A program made the translations under genes and the position numbers. This document shows positions 19,854 through 30,119 of a DNA stretch of 64,000 nucleotides, in pieces. A model generated the notes under the pieces. That model did no database searches. It worked only from the letters and a program-made list of their open reading frames with translations, and was not told the DNA's origin. Within the stretch, counting starts at the first letter, position 1. Each line of letters starts with the position of its first letter. Origin of the DNA: Lachnospiraceae bacterium. GTDB lineage: Bacteria; Bacillota; Clostridia; Lachnospirales; Lachnospiraceae. The stretch spans positions 14,412 to 78,411 of the forward strand of contig JAFPAQ010000143.1 in assembly GCA_017424235.1 (NCBI GenBank), read 5' to 3'.

Positions 19854-20612
19854 ATGGAATTGAATCAGACTACATTTGCGAGTACACTTGAAAATCTGAA
19901 GGAGACAGCCAGATTGCAGGGAAACATGCTGACAACTGAGCAGATAGATGAGGCTTTTGCAGAGTGGAATCTGCAAGATGAACAAAAACAGCTTATATTG
20001 GAATATTTAAAAAATAATAAGGTAGGAATTGATGAACCGGGTGATGTTGATGATAATTTATCCGGTGAGGATGTGAACTTTTTAGGAATGTATCTTGAAG
20101 ATCTAAAGGAGCTTCCTAATGTAAGCGATGGTGAAAAAAGAGCAGTTAAAATGTCTGCACTTGCAGGTGATGCTGATGCGAAAAATAAATTAGTAGAGAT
20201 ATTCTTACCGGAAGTAGTAGAAATTTCAAAACTATATGCAGGTCAGGGAGCATTGGTTGAGGACTTGATAGGAGAAGGAAATGTTGCCATAGCTATGGCA
20301 GTGACAATGCTTGATTGCGTTGAAAACATTGATGAGATTGATGGATTTGTTACAAAAATGATAATGGATTCAATGGAAGAGTATATCGGCGAAAATTCAG
20401 ACAGTAAGCAGGTTGATGAGATAGTATTAAATAAGGTAAATGATGTCAATGATAAGGCAAAGGAATTGTATGATAATCTTCTCAGAAAAGTTACTGTAAA
20501 GGAGGTTGCGGATGAACTTGGAGCAACTTCTGATGAAGTTAGAGAGGCAGTAAAATTTTCAGCAAGTAATATAGATTATATTGAAGATGCTGAGACTGAT
20601 GAAGCAGATTAG
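19854..20612 (+). CDS. Degenerate sigma70-like protein (regions 1.1/1.2/2/3-like, no region 4)
   Basis: LGMYLEDL (1.2), AKNKLVEIFL...YAGQG..VEDLIGEGN (2.1-2.2), LLRKVTVKEVADELG (3); ends in an acidic tail. Confidence 0.75.
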   Translation: MELNQTTFASTLENLKETARLQGNMLTTEQIDEAFAEWNLQDEQKQLILEYLKNNKVGIDEPGDVDDNLSGEDVNFLGMYLEDLKELPNVSDGEKRAVKMSALAGDADAKNKLVEIFLPEVVEISKLYAGQGALVEDLIGEGNVAIAMAVTMLDCVENIDEIDGFVTKMIMDSMEEYIGENSDSKQVDEIVLNKVNDVNDKAKELYDNLLRKVTVKEVADELGATSDEVREAVKFSASNIDYIEDAETDEAD

Positions 20613-20621
20613 GAAATACAG

Positions 20622-21041
20622 GTGAAAATAATGTTTCAGGAAGATGATTTTAAATATATTATTCAAGACACGAACTGTATTTATTTTGGAAAGGAACTTA
20701 CCTATAATGAAATGATGAAAAGAGATGATTTGCCATTCAAATTCAAGGCAATAATCAATTCATATATTCAAAAGGAAATAGACCTTGATACTAAAATAAT
20801 TTCACATTTAATGCAAATATCAGAAGAAGATTTCACATATAAGATTTTTGAACAGTTAAAGCTGACTGTTCGTATATGTTATAAGGTATACAAAAAGGGA
20901 ATAACCGGAAAAATGAAAGAAAAGTGGATACATAAAGCATGTTCACTTAAAACATATTGCAAGGAGTATAGAAATATTGATGAATTTCAAATTGAAGACA
21001 TATCAATATCAAAACTTGCGTTGATGACAATTAGTATTTAA
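20622..21041 (+). CDS. Conserved hypothetical protein
   Basis: 139-aa ORF tightly packed in the operon. Confidence 0.7.
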   Translation: MKIMFQEDDFKYIIQDTNCIYFGKELTYNEMMKRDDLPFKFKAIINSYIQKEIDLDTKIISHLMQISEEDFTYKIFEQLKLTVRICYKVYKKGITGKMKEKWIHKACSLKTYCKEYRNIDEFQIEDISISKLALMTISI

Positions 21042-21069
21042 AAATTATTTGTGGAAAGGAAAAAATTTG

Positions 21070-23997
21070 ATGAAAAAAATAGAAGATTTAAATGCCTATG
21101 AGATAATCGAAAAAAGAAAAATAGAAGATATTGGTTCTATGAGCTGTCTGCTTCGTCATAAAAAGACAGGAGCAAGAATTGCACTTTTAAGTAATGATGA
21201 CAATAATAAGGTATTTTGCATAGGATTTCGTACACCGCCTACAGATTCGACAGGTGTAGCACATATTATTGAACACAGTGTACTTTGTGGCTCAGAACAG
21301 TTTCCTATAAAAGATCCTTTTGTAGAGCTTGTAAAGGGTTCTTTAAATACTTTCCTTAATGCTATGACTTATTGTGATAAGACTGTTTATCCTGTTGCAA
21401 GTTGTAATGACAAAGATTTTCAGAATCTTATGCATGTGTATATGGATGCAGTTTTTTATCCTAATATATATAAAGAAAAGAATATTTTTCTTCAAGAGGG
21501 CTGGCACTATGAAATGGAAAATGAAGACAGCGATCTGACTATTAATGGTGTTGTATATAATGAGATGAAGGGAGCTTTTTCTTCGCCTGATGATATAAAT
21601 GACAGAGAGGTACTTAATTCACTTTTCCCAGATACTACTTATGGTGTTGAATCAGGAGGAGATCCTAAAGTCATTCCTGAACTTACTTATGAACAGTTCC
21701 TTGATTTTCATGGTAAATATTATCATCCATCAAACAGCTATATCTATCTTTATGGTGATATGGATATGGCAGAGAAGCTTGAATGGATTGATGAAAATTA
21801 CTTAAGCAAATTTGAAAGAATCGAGATTGATTCATCTTTAAAGCTGCAGGATAAATTTGTCAAGCCGGTAGAAATTCATAAGGAATATCCGATAATGGAG
21901 GGTGAATCAACAGAAAATAATACTTACCTTTCATATAATACAGTTGTTGGAACAAGTCTTGATAAAGAGCTTTATTTTGCAATGCAGATTGTTGAATATG
22001 CTCTTTGTCTGACATCAGCAGCACCGGTTAAGCTTGCGCTTATTCATAAGAATATAGGCACAGAAGTTTATAGTGTATATGAAAATGGAATTTATCAGCC
22101 ATATTTTTCAATTGTTGCAAAGAATGCAAATGATGCTCAGGCTCAGGAGTTTGTTGAGACAATTGAAGAAGAATTAAGAAAAGTGGTAAAAGAAGGTATA
22201 GATAAAAAAGCTCTTCTTGCAGGACTTAATACGTATGAGTTTAAATATCGTGAAGCTGATTTTGGTTCTTATCCAAAGGGACTTATGTATGGACTTCAGA
22301 TGTTTGACTCATGGCTTTATGATGACAATATGCCATTTGATATGATTGAGGCAAATGAAATATTTAAGTCACTAAAAGAAAAAATACAGACGGATTATTA
22401 TGAGGGACTTGTAGAAAAATATCTCATAAATAATACTCACAAATCTGTATTGGTGGTATCGCCTAAGGAAGGTCTTACAGCAAAAAATGATAAGGAACTT
22501 GCAGATAAACTTCAAAATTATAAGAACAGTCTTAGTGATGATGAGATAAAAGGTATTGTTAAAGCAACAAAGCAATTAAGAGAATTTCAGGAAAAAGAAG
22601 ATTCACCGGAAGATTTGGCGAGAATACCTATGCTCAAACGTGAGGACATGAAAAAAGAATCTGAGGGATTTGTCAATGAATTGAGAACGGTTGATGATAC
22701 AAAGGTCTTATTCCATAACATTCAGACTAATGGAATAGGATATGTTAATTTTGTTTTTGATACTTCAAAAATATCTAAGGACTTATTTGCATATATTGGA
22801 ATTCTCAAAAATGTATTAGGTTTTGTAGATACAAAGAATTATGAGTATGGTGAGTTGTTTAATGAAATCAATATTCATACAGGTGGAATATCAAGTTCGG
22901 TAAATACTTATGTAGATGCCAAAAACATGGATAAGTATAAGCTGACCTTTGAGGTTAAGACAAAGGCGATGTATGATGAGCTTGAGCCTGCATTTGTACT
23001 TATGCAGGAAGTGATTACACAGTCTCTATTTACAGATGAGAAAAGAATTCTTGAGATAGTTGAGGAATATAAATCAAGAATGCAGGCTAGTATGACTTCA
23101 GCAGGACATTCACTTGCAGCAATCCGTGCTATGTCTTATTTTAGCGAAACAGCAGCGGTTTCAGAGCTTGTAAGTGGTATTCCTTGTTACAGATTGCTTG
23201 AGAAGATTACAGAGGATTATGATGCCAACAAGAACGAGCTGATAAATAGTCTTTCAGAACTCGTTAAGCAAATTTTCAGACCGGAAAACTTTATGGTTGA
23301 TGTAACAGCAACAGAAGAAGGATTTGATATAATAAAGAAACTTATTCCAAAATTTAAGACCGGATTATTTGCTGAGTCTGTTGAAAAAAGTCAATTTAAG
23401 ATTGGAACTAATAAACTAAATGAAGGCTTTAGTACTTCAGCACAGATTCAGTATGTTTGCAGAGCCGGTAATTTTAAAAAGGATAAGGGACTTGAATATA
23501 CAGGAGCATTTCGTGTGTTAAAGGTTATAATGGGATATGACTATCTGTGGCAGAATGTTCGCGTCAAAGGTGGAGCATATGGCTGTATGTGTAATTTTAC
23601 CAAGACAGGTGATTGCTATTTTGTTTCATACAGAGATCCTAATCTGAAGAAAACAGTTGACGTTTTTGAAAACGCAGGTGAGTATATTAGAAGCTTTGCT
23701 GCTGATGAAAAGACTATGACAAAGTATATCATTGGAGCAATAAGCGATTTGGATGTTCCTATGACTCCGGCTACTAAAGGAAGCCGCTCTTTGGGAGCAT
23801 ATCTTTCAAATGTTGATTTTGAAGACATTCAAAAGGAGAGAGATGAGTTGCTTGGTTGTACGCAGGAGGATATTCGCAAGCTTGCTGACCATATTGATGC
23901 TGTTATGGCACAGGATATTATCTGTGTAGTAGGAAACGGTCAGGCTATTGAAGAAAATAGAGATTTATTTATTTCGACTGAAAATCTTTTCCATTGA
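21070..23997 (+). CDS. M16C insulinase/presequence-protease-like Zn metallopeptidase
   Basis: Inverted zincin HIIEH, FLNAMTY, GVVYNEMKG, RVKGGAYG, SYRDP. Confidence 0.95.
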   Translation: MKKIEDLNAYEIIEKRKIEDIGSMSCLLRHKKTGARIALLSNDDNNKVFCIGFRTPPTDSTGVAHIIEHSVLCGSEQFPIKDPFVELVKGSLNTFLNAMTYCDKTVYPVASCNDKDFQNLMHVYMDAVFYPNIYKEKNIFLQEGWHYEMENEDSDLTINGVVYNEMKGAFSSPDDINDREVLNSLFPDTTYGVESGGDPKVIPELTYEQFLDFHGKYYHPSNSYIYLYGDMDMAEKLEWIDENYLSKFERIEIDSSLKLQDKFVKPVEIHKEYPIMEGESTENNTYLSYNTVVGTSLDKELYFAMQIVEYALCLTSAAPVKLALIHKNIGTEVYSVYENGIYQPYFSIVAKNANDAQAQEFVETIEEELRKVVKEGIDKKALLAGLNTYEFKYREADFGSYPKGLMYGLQMFDSWLYDDNMPFDMIEANEIFKSLKEKIQTDYYEGLVEKYLINNTHKSVLVVSPKEGLTAKNDKELADKLQNYKNSLSDDEIKGIVKATKQLREFQEKEDSPEDLARIPMLKREDMKKESEGFVNELRTVDDTKVLFHNIQTNGIGYVNFVFDTSKISKDLFAYIGILKNVLGFVDTKNYEYGELFNEINIHTGGISSSVNTYVDAKNMDKYKLTFEVKTKAMYDELEPAFVLMQEVITQSLFTDEKRILEIVEEYKSRMQASMTSAGHSLAAIRAMSYFSETAAVSELVSGIPCYRLLEKITEDYDANKNELINSLSELVKQIFRPENFMVDVTATEEGFDIIKKLIPKFKTGLFAESVEKSQFKIGTNKLNEGFSTSAQIQYVCRAGNFKKDKGLEYTGAFRVLKVIMGYDYLWQNVRVKGGAYGCMCNFTKTGDCYFVSYRDPNLKKTVDVFENAGEYIRSFAADEKTMTKYIIGAISDLDVPMTPATKGSRSLGAYLSNVDFEDIQKERDELLGCTQEDIRKLADHIDAVMAQDIICVVGNGQAIEENRDLFISTENLFH

Positions 23998-24031
23998 AAA
24001 TGATTTGTTAAGAAAGGAACGTTGATAGTTA

Positions 24032-24937
24032 ATGAACGAAAAGCATAAGTCAGGTTTTGTTGCCCTTATAGGAAGACCAAACGTTGGAAAATCTACTTTG
24101 ATGAATAGTATTATTGGGCAGAAGATTGCGATTACTTCAAAAAAGCCACAGACAACAAGAAACAGAATACAGACTGTATATACTTCTGATGAAGGCCAGA
24201 TTGTATTTGTGGATACACCTGGAATTCATAAATCAAAGAATAAACTTGGTGACTATATGGTAAATGTAGCTGAGAGAAGTCTCAAAGAAGTAGATGTTAT
24301 TCTATGGCTTGTTGAGCCTACAGATTATATCGGTGCAGGCGAACAGCATATAATAGAACAGTTAAAAAAAGTTAATATTCCGATAATTCTTGTTGTAAAC
24401 AAGATTGATACCGTAAAGCGTGAACAGCTTTTGGGATATATAGATACTTATAGAAAAGAAGTGGATTTTGCAGAAGTAGTACCTGTTTCAGCATTAAAAA
24501 GAGATAATACAGATGTCCTCGTTGAACAGATAATGAAGTATCTTCCTTATGGTCCGGCTTTTTATGATGAGGATACAATTACAGATCAACCTATGAGGCA
24601 GATAGTAGCTGAACTTATTCGCGAGAAAGTGTTGAGAAGTATAGATGAAGAGATACCACATGGTGTTGCTGTAACTATTGATACCATGAAGTTTGGTAAA
24701 AAACTTGTAGATATAAATGCTACTATTATCTGTGAAAGGGATTCACATAAAGGAATCATAATAGGAAAAGGCGGGCTTATGCTCAAAAAAATAGGTTCGC
24801 TTGCAAGACCTGAAATTGAAGATTTGCTCGAACAGCATGTAAATCTTCAACTTTGGGTAAAAGTAAAAAAGGACTGGAGAGACAGCGATTATCTGATAAA
24901 GAATTTTGGATATGATGCAAAACAGCTTGAGCAGTAG
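24032..24937 (+). CDS. era: GTPase Era
   Basis: GRPNVGKS, PQTTR, DTPG, NKID, KH domain GIIIGKGG. Confidence 0.97.
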   Translation: MNEKHKSGFVALIGRPNVGKSTLMNSIIGQKIAITSKKPQTTRNRIQTVYTSDEGQIVFVDTPGIHKSKNKLGDYMVNVAERSLKEVDVILWLVEPTDYIGAGEQHIIEQLKKVNIPIILVVNKIDTVKREQLLGYIDTYRKEVDFAEVVPVSALKRDNTDVLVEQIMKYLPYGPAFYDEDTITDQPMRQIVAELIREKVLRSIDEEIPHGVAVTIDTMKFGKKLVDINATIICERDSHKGIIIGKGGLMLKKIGSLARPEIEDLLEQHVNLQLWVKVKKDWRDSDYLIKNFGYDAKQLEQ

Positions 24938-25150
24938 TATGAAAAGAACTTCTAAAGAATTTAAAGAAATTCTTTTTCGCTCAGAGCAAAGGCTCTTTCG
25001 CGAAGAAGTTCTATGTTTCATACTTGGAAAAAGCTAAAGCTTTTTCATTACTATTTGTAACTCTGCAAAGCAGAGTTATTCGGGATTAGTATGTAAAATG
25101 TTTTTACAGTTACATTTAATATATAAGAGATAAAACTCGCAAGAGGTCGA
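24936..25150. repeat. Multi-hairpin intergenic element (REP/MITE-like or ncRNA)
   Basis: Terminal IR AGTATGAAA-AGAACTTC / GAAGTTCT-atg-TTTCATACT (24936-25024) enclosing two AAAG-loop hairpins, followed by GAAAAAGC-taaa-GCTTTTTC and TAACTCTGC-aaa-GCAGAGTTA; left end repeated at 4699. Confidence 0.6.
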
Positions 25151-25152
25151 AG

Positions 25153-25803
25153 ATGCAGGATTTTTTGTTGTTAACCGGAATTGTGCTAAAAGCTGAACCA
25201 ATAGGAGAATATGATAGGCGAATTGTTATTCTTACAAAAGAAAGAGGAAAGATTTCTGCCTTTGCAAGAGGAGCAAGAAAACCAAATAGTAAATTGATGG
25301 CTGCTTCTAATCCGTTTTCATTTGGTAAGTTCAAGTTATATGAAGGTAGAAATTCGTATACTTTATCTGATTCAGAGATTTCAAATTATTTTGAAGAATT
25401 GAGACTTGATTTGTCAGGTGCCTATTATGGAATGTATTTTCTTGAAATAAGTGATTACTATACAAGGGAAAACAGTGATGAAACTAATATGTTAAAGCTG
25501 TTATATCAGTCCTTAAGAGCACTTACTTCAGAGACATTTGATAACAGACTTGTAAGATACATTTTTGAAATAAAGTCTATTGCAATCAATGGAGAGTTAC
25601 CACAGGCTAATGCAGTTATGAAATTAAGTGATGCAGCATTATATACGATTGATTATATTTTTAGAACACAGACAGAAAAGATTTTTTCTTTTACAGTGAG
25701 TCAGGAAGTGTTATGTGAAGTAGGAGCATTTGCTGATAAGGTATGTAAATTAGTTATGGATAGGAATTTTAAAAGCCTTGAAATACTTGAAAATATTGAA
25801 TAA
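25153..25803 (+). CDS. recO: DNA repair protein RecO
   Basis: GIVLK..IGEYDRRIVILTKERGKISAFARGARKP; typical position after era. Confidence 0.95.
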   Translation: MQDFLLLTGIVLKAEPIGEYDRRIVILTKERGKISAFARGARKPNSKLMAASNPFSFGKFKLYEGRNSYTLSDSEISNYFEELRLDLSGAYYGMYFLEISDYYTRENSDETNMLKLLYQSLRALTSETFDNRLVRYIFEIKSIAINGELPQANAVMKLSDAALYTIDYIFRTQTEKIFSFTVSQEVLCEVGAFADKVCKLVMDRNFKSLEILENIE

Positions 25804-25847
25804 GTTGTTTATAATATAACGCGGTACTTATTTTAGCTAAGAAAGGC

Positions 25848-26534
25848 ATGGTTCTTGTTATGAAAAAAGTTATGTGCATGAGGAAAAACGCAATAATACC
25901 TGTAATGATGTTTGGTATATGTGCATTAGGAATAACTGCTTGTGGAAATAAAGAAGGCAGCAGTACACAAGAAGATACGGCGCTTGACTCTATGAATTAT
26001 ATTTCCATAAATAAAGATGGAAGCATGGAAAGCCAGATTATTGAAACATTTGAGGAAAGCTATTATAATGTTGACGACCTGAGTACTATGATTAATAGTT
26101 CGATTTCGGATTTTAAAGCAGCTAATTCAGAGGCGGAAGTGTCTCTTAAATCATGTAATACGGACAATGGTTCAGTAAAAGTAGTCATGTCATTTGACAG
26201 CTATAAGTCATATTCTGATTTTAATGGAGAGATATTTTATGCAGGAACAATAAAAGATGCATATGCAGCCGGAATGAGCCTTGATGTAGAATTGAGTGCT
26301 GTTTCAGAAAAAACACAGCCACAAAAAATCGGAAAGAAAAATCTGCTTGAAATGGGAGATAATCATATAGTTATATATGATCAAACTAATATAAGTGATG
26401 AGGTTGAGTCTGATGTTATAAGAATAAAATGTTTTGGAGATATTCTTTATGTTGGAGATGGTGTGACACCTTCAAGTAAAAAAACCGCAGATATAGCTGG
26501 TGATTCAAACAGCAATGTTATTGTATTTAAATAG
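25848..26534 (+). CDS. Lipoprotein of unknown function (start uncertain, 25848-25878)
   Basis: Lipobox GITAC after a hydrophobic signal. Confidence 0.8.
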   Translation: MVLVMKKVMCMRKNAIIPVMMFGICALGITACGNKEGSSTQEDTALDSMNYISINKDGSMESQIIETFEESYYNVDDLSTMINSSISDFKAANSEAEVSLKSCNTDNGSVKVVMSFDSYKSYSDFNGEIFYAGTIKDAYAAGMSLDVELSAVSEKTQPQKIGKKNLLEMGDNHIVIYDQTNISDEVESDVIRIKCFGDILYVGDGVTPSSKKTADIAGDSNSNVIVFK

Positions 26535-26583
26535 AAGTAATAGGAATAGTTATTAAATTATATTTTAAGATAAGGAGAAAACA

Positions 26584-27975
26584 ATGGAAAAGACATTGGA
26601 AAAAATCGTTTCATTATCAAAATCCAGAGGATTTGTATATCCGGGATCTGAAATCTATGGAGGACTTGCAAATACTTGGGATTATGGTAATCTTGGTGTT
26701 GAACTTAAAAATAATGTAAAAAAAGCATGGTGGCAGAAGTTTATTCAGGAAAATCCATATAATGTTGGTGTCGACTGTGCTATTCTTATGAACCCACAGA
26801 CATGGGTGGCTTCCGGACATTTAGGAGGTTTCTCAGATCCACTTATGGATTGTAAGGAATGTCATGAGAGATTTAGAGCAGATAAGCTTATTGAAGATTA
26901 CGCAGCTGAAAAAGGTATTACATTGGAAAAACCTATCGATGCATTTTCGCAGGAAGAAATGAAAAATTTTATAGAAGAGAATAATATTCCATGTCCAACT
27001 TGTGGAAAACATAACTTTACGGATATTCGCCAGTTCAATCTTATGTTTAAGACATTTCAGGGTGTGACAGAAGATGCAAAGAATACAGTATATCTCAGAC
27101 CTGAAACAGCACAGGGTATTTTTGTAAACTTCAAGAATGTTCAAAGAACATCAAGAAAGAAGATTCCTTTTGGTATTGGACAGATTGGTAAGTCGTTTAG
27201 AAATGAGATTACACCAGGTAACTTTACTTTCAGAACAAGAGAGTTTGAGCAGATGGAATTGGAATTCTTCTGTGAGCCTGGTACAGATATGGAATGGTTC
27301 CAGTATTGGAGAGGCTTCTGTCGTGACTGGTTATTGAGTCTTGGAATTAAAGAAGATGAGATGCGTTTACGTGACCATGATCCGGAAGAACTTTGCTTCT
27401 ATTCAAAAGGAACAACAGATATTGAGTTCTTATTCCCATCAATCGGTTGGGGTGAACTTTGGGGAATTGCTGACAGAACAGATTATGACCTTACTCAGCA
27501 CCAGAATACTTCAAAACAGGATATGACATATTTTGATGATGAAAAGAAAGAAAAATATGTGCCATATGTTATTGAGCCTTCACTTGGTGCAGACCGTGTT
27601 GTTCTTGCATTCCTATGTGCAGCATATGATGAAGAAGAAATTGGAGAGGGAGATGTCAGAACAGTATTACATTTTCATCCGGCATTAGCACCAGTAAAAA
27701 TTGGTGTACTTCCACTTAGCAAAAAGTTAAATGAAGGTGCAGAGAAGATTTTCCTTGAACTTTCAAAGAAATACAACTGTGAATTTGATGACAGAGGAAA
27801 TATAGGTAAGAGATATCGTCGTCAGGATGAAATTGGTACACCATTCTGTATTACATATGATTTTGAATCAGAGACAGATAATTCAGTAACTATTCGTTTC
27901 CGTGATTCTATGGAGCAGATTCGTGTAAAAATCGATGAGTTAGATGCATACTTTGCAGATAAATTTACATTTTAA
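26584..27975 (+). CDS. glyQS: Glycine--tRNA ligase (homodimeric class II)
   Basis: [53 protein letters not shown]. Confidence 0.97.
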   Translation: MEKTLEKIVSLSKSRGFVYPGSEIYGGLANTWDYGNLGVELKNNVKKAWWQKFIQENPYNVGVDCAILMNPQTWVASGHLGGFSDPLMDCKECHERFRADKLIEDYAAEKGITLEKPIDAFSQEEMKNFIEENNIPCPTCGKHNFTDIRQFNLMFKTFQGVTEDAKNTVYLRPETAQGIFVNFKNVQRTSRKKIPFGIGQIGKSFRNEITPGNFTFRTREFEQMELEFFCEPGTDMEWFQYWRGFCRDWLLSLGIKEDEMRLRDHDPEELCFYSKGTTDIEFLFPSIGWGELWGIADRTDYDLTQHQNTSKQDMTYFDDEKKEKYVPYVIEPSLGADRVVLAFLCAAYDEEEIGEGDVRTVLHFHPALAPVKIGVLPLSKKLNEGAEKIFLELSKKYNCEFDDRGNIGKRYRRQDEIGTPFCITYDFESETDNSVTIRFRDSMEQIRVKIDELDAYFADKFTF

Positions 27976-28003
27976 GATAAATTTTATTGATTTTTTTATA
28001 TTC

Positions 28004-28032
28004 AAGCGGGCGGAATACATTCGTCCGCTTTT
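28004..28032 (+). terminator. Intrinsic terminator after glyQS
   Basis: AAGCGGGCG...CGTCCGCTT followed by TT. Confidence 0.6.
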
Positions 28033-28050
28033 AAAAGATGGAGGATTTAT

Positions 28051-29127
28051 ATGAAAAAGAAAGTTGCAGCATTAATGTTGGCTGTCTCAATGGTTACAAT
28101 GATGACAGGTTGTGGAAATAGTCAAAATAAGGAGGCAGATTCTCAAAATGTAGTGGATACAAAAGCCAATGTATCTGATGAAACATCAGAGGGAACTGTA
28201 TATAAGGTAGGAATAGTCCAGTATGTAGATGATGCTTCGTTGAATCAGATTGAAAAAGCAATTGAGACAGAGCTTACAGCCAAAGGTCAGGAGCTGGGAG
28301 TGACTTTTGATTTTGAACCATATACACATAATGGCCAGGCAGATTCAACAGTTTTGAATCAGATTGCGGCAGATCTTGTAGCAGATAAGGTTGATATAAT
28401 TGTTCCAATTGCTACACCTGCTGCTATGGTTATGCAGAATGCAACAGAAGACAATCAGATACCGGTTGTATTTTCAGCTGTAACTGATCCTGTAGGAGCA
28501 GGTCTTGTGGCAGGCAATGATGTGCCAGGTGCCAATATTACCGGAGTATCAGATGCAATTGATACAGAGGCAATTTTTAACCTGATTGTTACAGCTAATC
28601 CTGATACCGATAAGGTTGGACTTCTTTATGATAAGAGTCAGGCCGGTTCTATAAAGTCTATAGAAGATGCCAAGAAATATTGTGATGAGAATGGAATAGA
28701 ATATGTAGAAAAGACCGGTACAACAACACCTGAAATTCAAGCTGCTGCTGATGCACTTGTTGCTGAGAAGGTTGATGCCATATTTACACCACAGGACAAT
28801 ACAATTATGACAGCGGAGCTTGCTATTTTTGAGAAGTTTACAGAAGCCGGAATACCACATTATACAGGTGCAGATTCTTTTGCATTAAATGGAGCCTTCT
28901 GTGGCTATGGTGTTAACTATACAAATCTCGGAGTTGTTACAGCTGATATGGTAGTTGATGTTCTTGTAAATGGAGCAGATCCGGCTACAACACCGGTAAA
29001 TGTACTTTCGGATGGTATTATTACAATTAATACTGAAACAGCAGAGGCTGTAGGAATAGATTTTTCAGTATTTGCAGGTATGGGCTCAGAATTGATTGAG
29101 ACAGTAACTGCAAAAGAATTTGAATAA
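28051..29127 (+). CDS. ABC transporter substrate-binding lipoprotein (TrpX/aromatic amino acid-type family)
   Basis: Lipobox MTGC; VGIVQYV, IATPAA, VFSAVTDPVGAGLV, NITGVSD. Confidence 0.88.
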   Translation: MKKKVAALMLAVSMVTMMTGCGNSQNKEADSQNVVDTKANVSDETSEGTVYKVGIVQYVDDASLNQIEKAIETELTAKGQELGVTFDFEPYTHNGQADSTVLNQIAADLVADKVDIIVPIATPAAMVMQNATEDNQIPVVFSAVTDPVGAGLVAGNDVPGANITGVSDAIDTEAIFNLIVTANPDTDKVGLLYDKSQAGSIKSIEDAKKYCDENGIEYVEKTGTTTPEIQAAADALVAEKVDAIFTPQDNTIMTAELAIFEKFTEAGIPHYTGADSFALNGAFCGYGVNYTNLGVVTADMVVDVLVNGADPATTPVNVLSDGIITINTETAEAVGIDFSVFAGMGSELIETVTAKEFE

Positions 29128-29144
29128 AGGGGAAAGAGGAATAT

Positions 29145-30119
29145 ATGGATTCCATTATTACAGTATCAATTGTTCAAAGTGCACTTGAATTAGGTCTTAT
29201 TTATGCATTAGTCGCTTTGGCTCTGTTTATTTCATTTTCAATACTAAATATAGCAGATTTGTCTACGGATGGATGTTTTACATTAGGGTGTGCAGTATGT
29301 GCTTCTATTACAATTGCGGGGCATCCGATTATTGGATTATTTGCAGCGATTGCTGCTGGTGTCTGTTCAGGATATGTTACAGCATTTTTACAGACAAGAA
29401 TGGGAATTCAGTCAATTCTTGCAGGAATTATTGTAAATACAGGGCTGTATACTGTTAATATTGCAGTTATGGGGTTTTCGTCAAATCTAAATCTTTTTAA
29501 TTGTGATTCTATTTTTACATGGGCAAAAGAAACTATACCTTGCAGTTGGTATAAGCTCATAGTAGTAATGATAATTGTAATTGCAGTTGCAATAATTGTT
29601 GCGCTATTTCTTAATACCAGACTTGGATTATCTATCAGAGCAACAGGAGATAATCCTGATATGGTAAGAGCCTCAAGCATTAATACTGCAAAGATGATAA
29701 CAATTGGTCTTTGTGTTGCTAATGCTTTGACGGCATTATCAGGCGGCTTGCTTGCGCAGTATCAGAAATCCTGCGATATTAATCTTGGAACAGGTATGGT
29801 TACGATTGCATTGGCAAGTCTTGTTATTGGTGAGACTCTTATAGGAAAAGGTAGTATGTTAAAACGTATAACAGGTGTAATTCTTGGAAGCTGTTTATAT
29901 CGTTTTATTGTGGCAGTTGCATTAAGACTCAATGTTCCGGCAGAGTGTTTAAAACTGGTATCTGCTTTAATTGTGGCAGTTGCAATTGCACTTCCATATA
30001 TTAGAGATAAAGCCGGTTTTTACAAAAAGCGTCATGAAACAAGAGAACAAAATCAGATATATATAAGAGAGATCATGGCAGGGGTAAATAAAGAAGACGG
30101 AGGTAGACAAGATGATTAA
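29145..30119 (+). CDS. ABC transporter permease
   Basis: DLSTDGCFTLG, GLSIRATGDN, DINLGTGM; multiple TM segments. Confidence 0.9.
   Translation: MDSIITVSIVQSALELGLIYALVALALFISFSILNIADLSTDGCFTLGCAVCASITIAGHPIIGLFAAIAAGVCSGYVTAFLQTRMGIQSILAGIIVNTGLYTVNIAVMGFSSNLNLFNCDSIFTWAKETIPCSWYKLIVVMIIVIAVAIIVALFLNTRLGLSIRATGDNPDMVRASSINTAKMITIGLCVANALTALSGGLLAQYQKSCDINLGTGMVTIALASLVIGETLIGKGSMLKRITGVILGSCLYRFIVAVALRLNVPAECLKLVSALIVAVAIALPYIRDKAGFYKKRHETREQNQIYIREIMAGVNKEDGGRQDD

Noticed and set aside
24743-25021. 92-aa minus-strand ORF starting in the structured element
   Set aside because: Mostly antisense to era with no SD or recognisable motif; ATG arises from the inverted repeat
26535-26583. Expected T-box leaders before glyQS (and before alaS at 31623-31723)
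   Set aside because: Intergenic spaces are too short and contain no T-box motif or terminator
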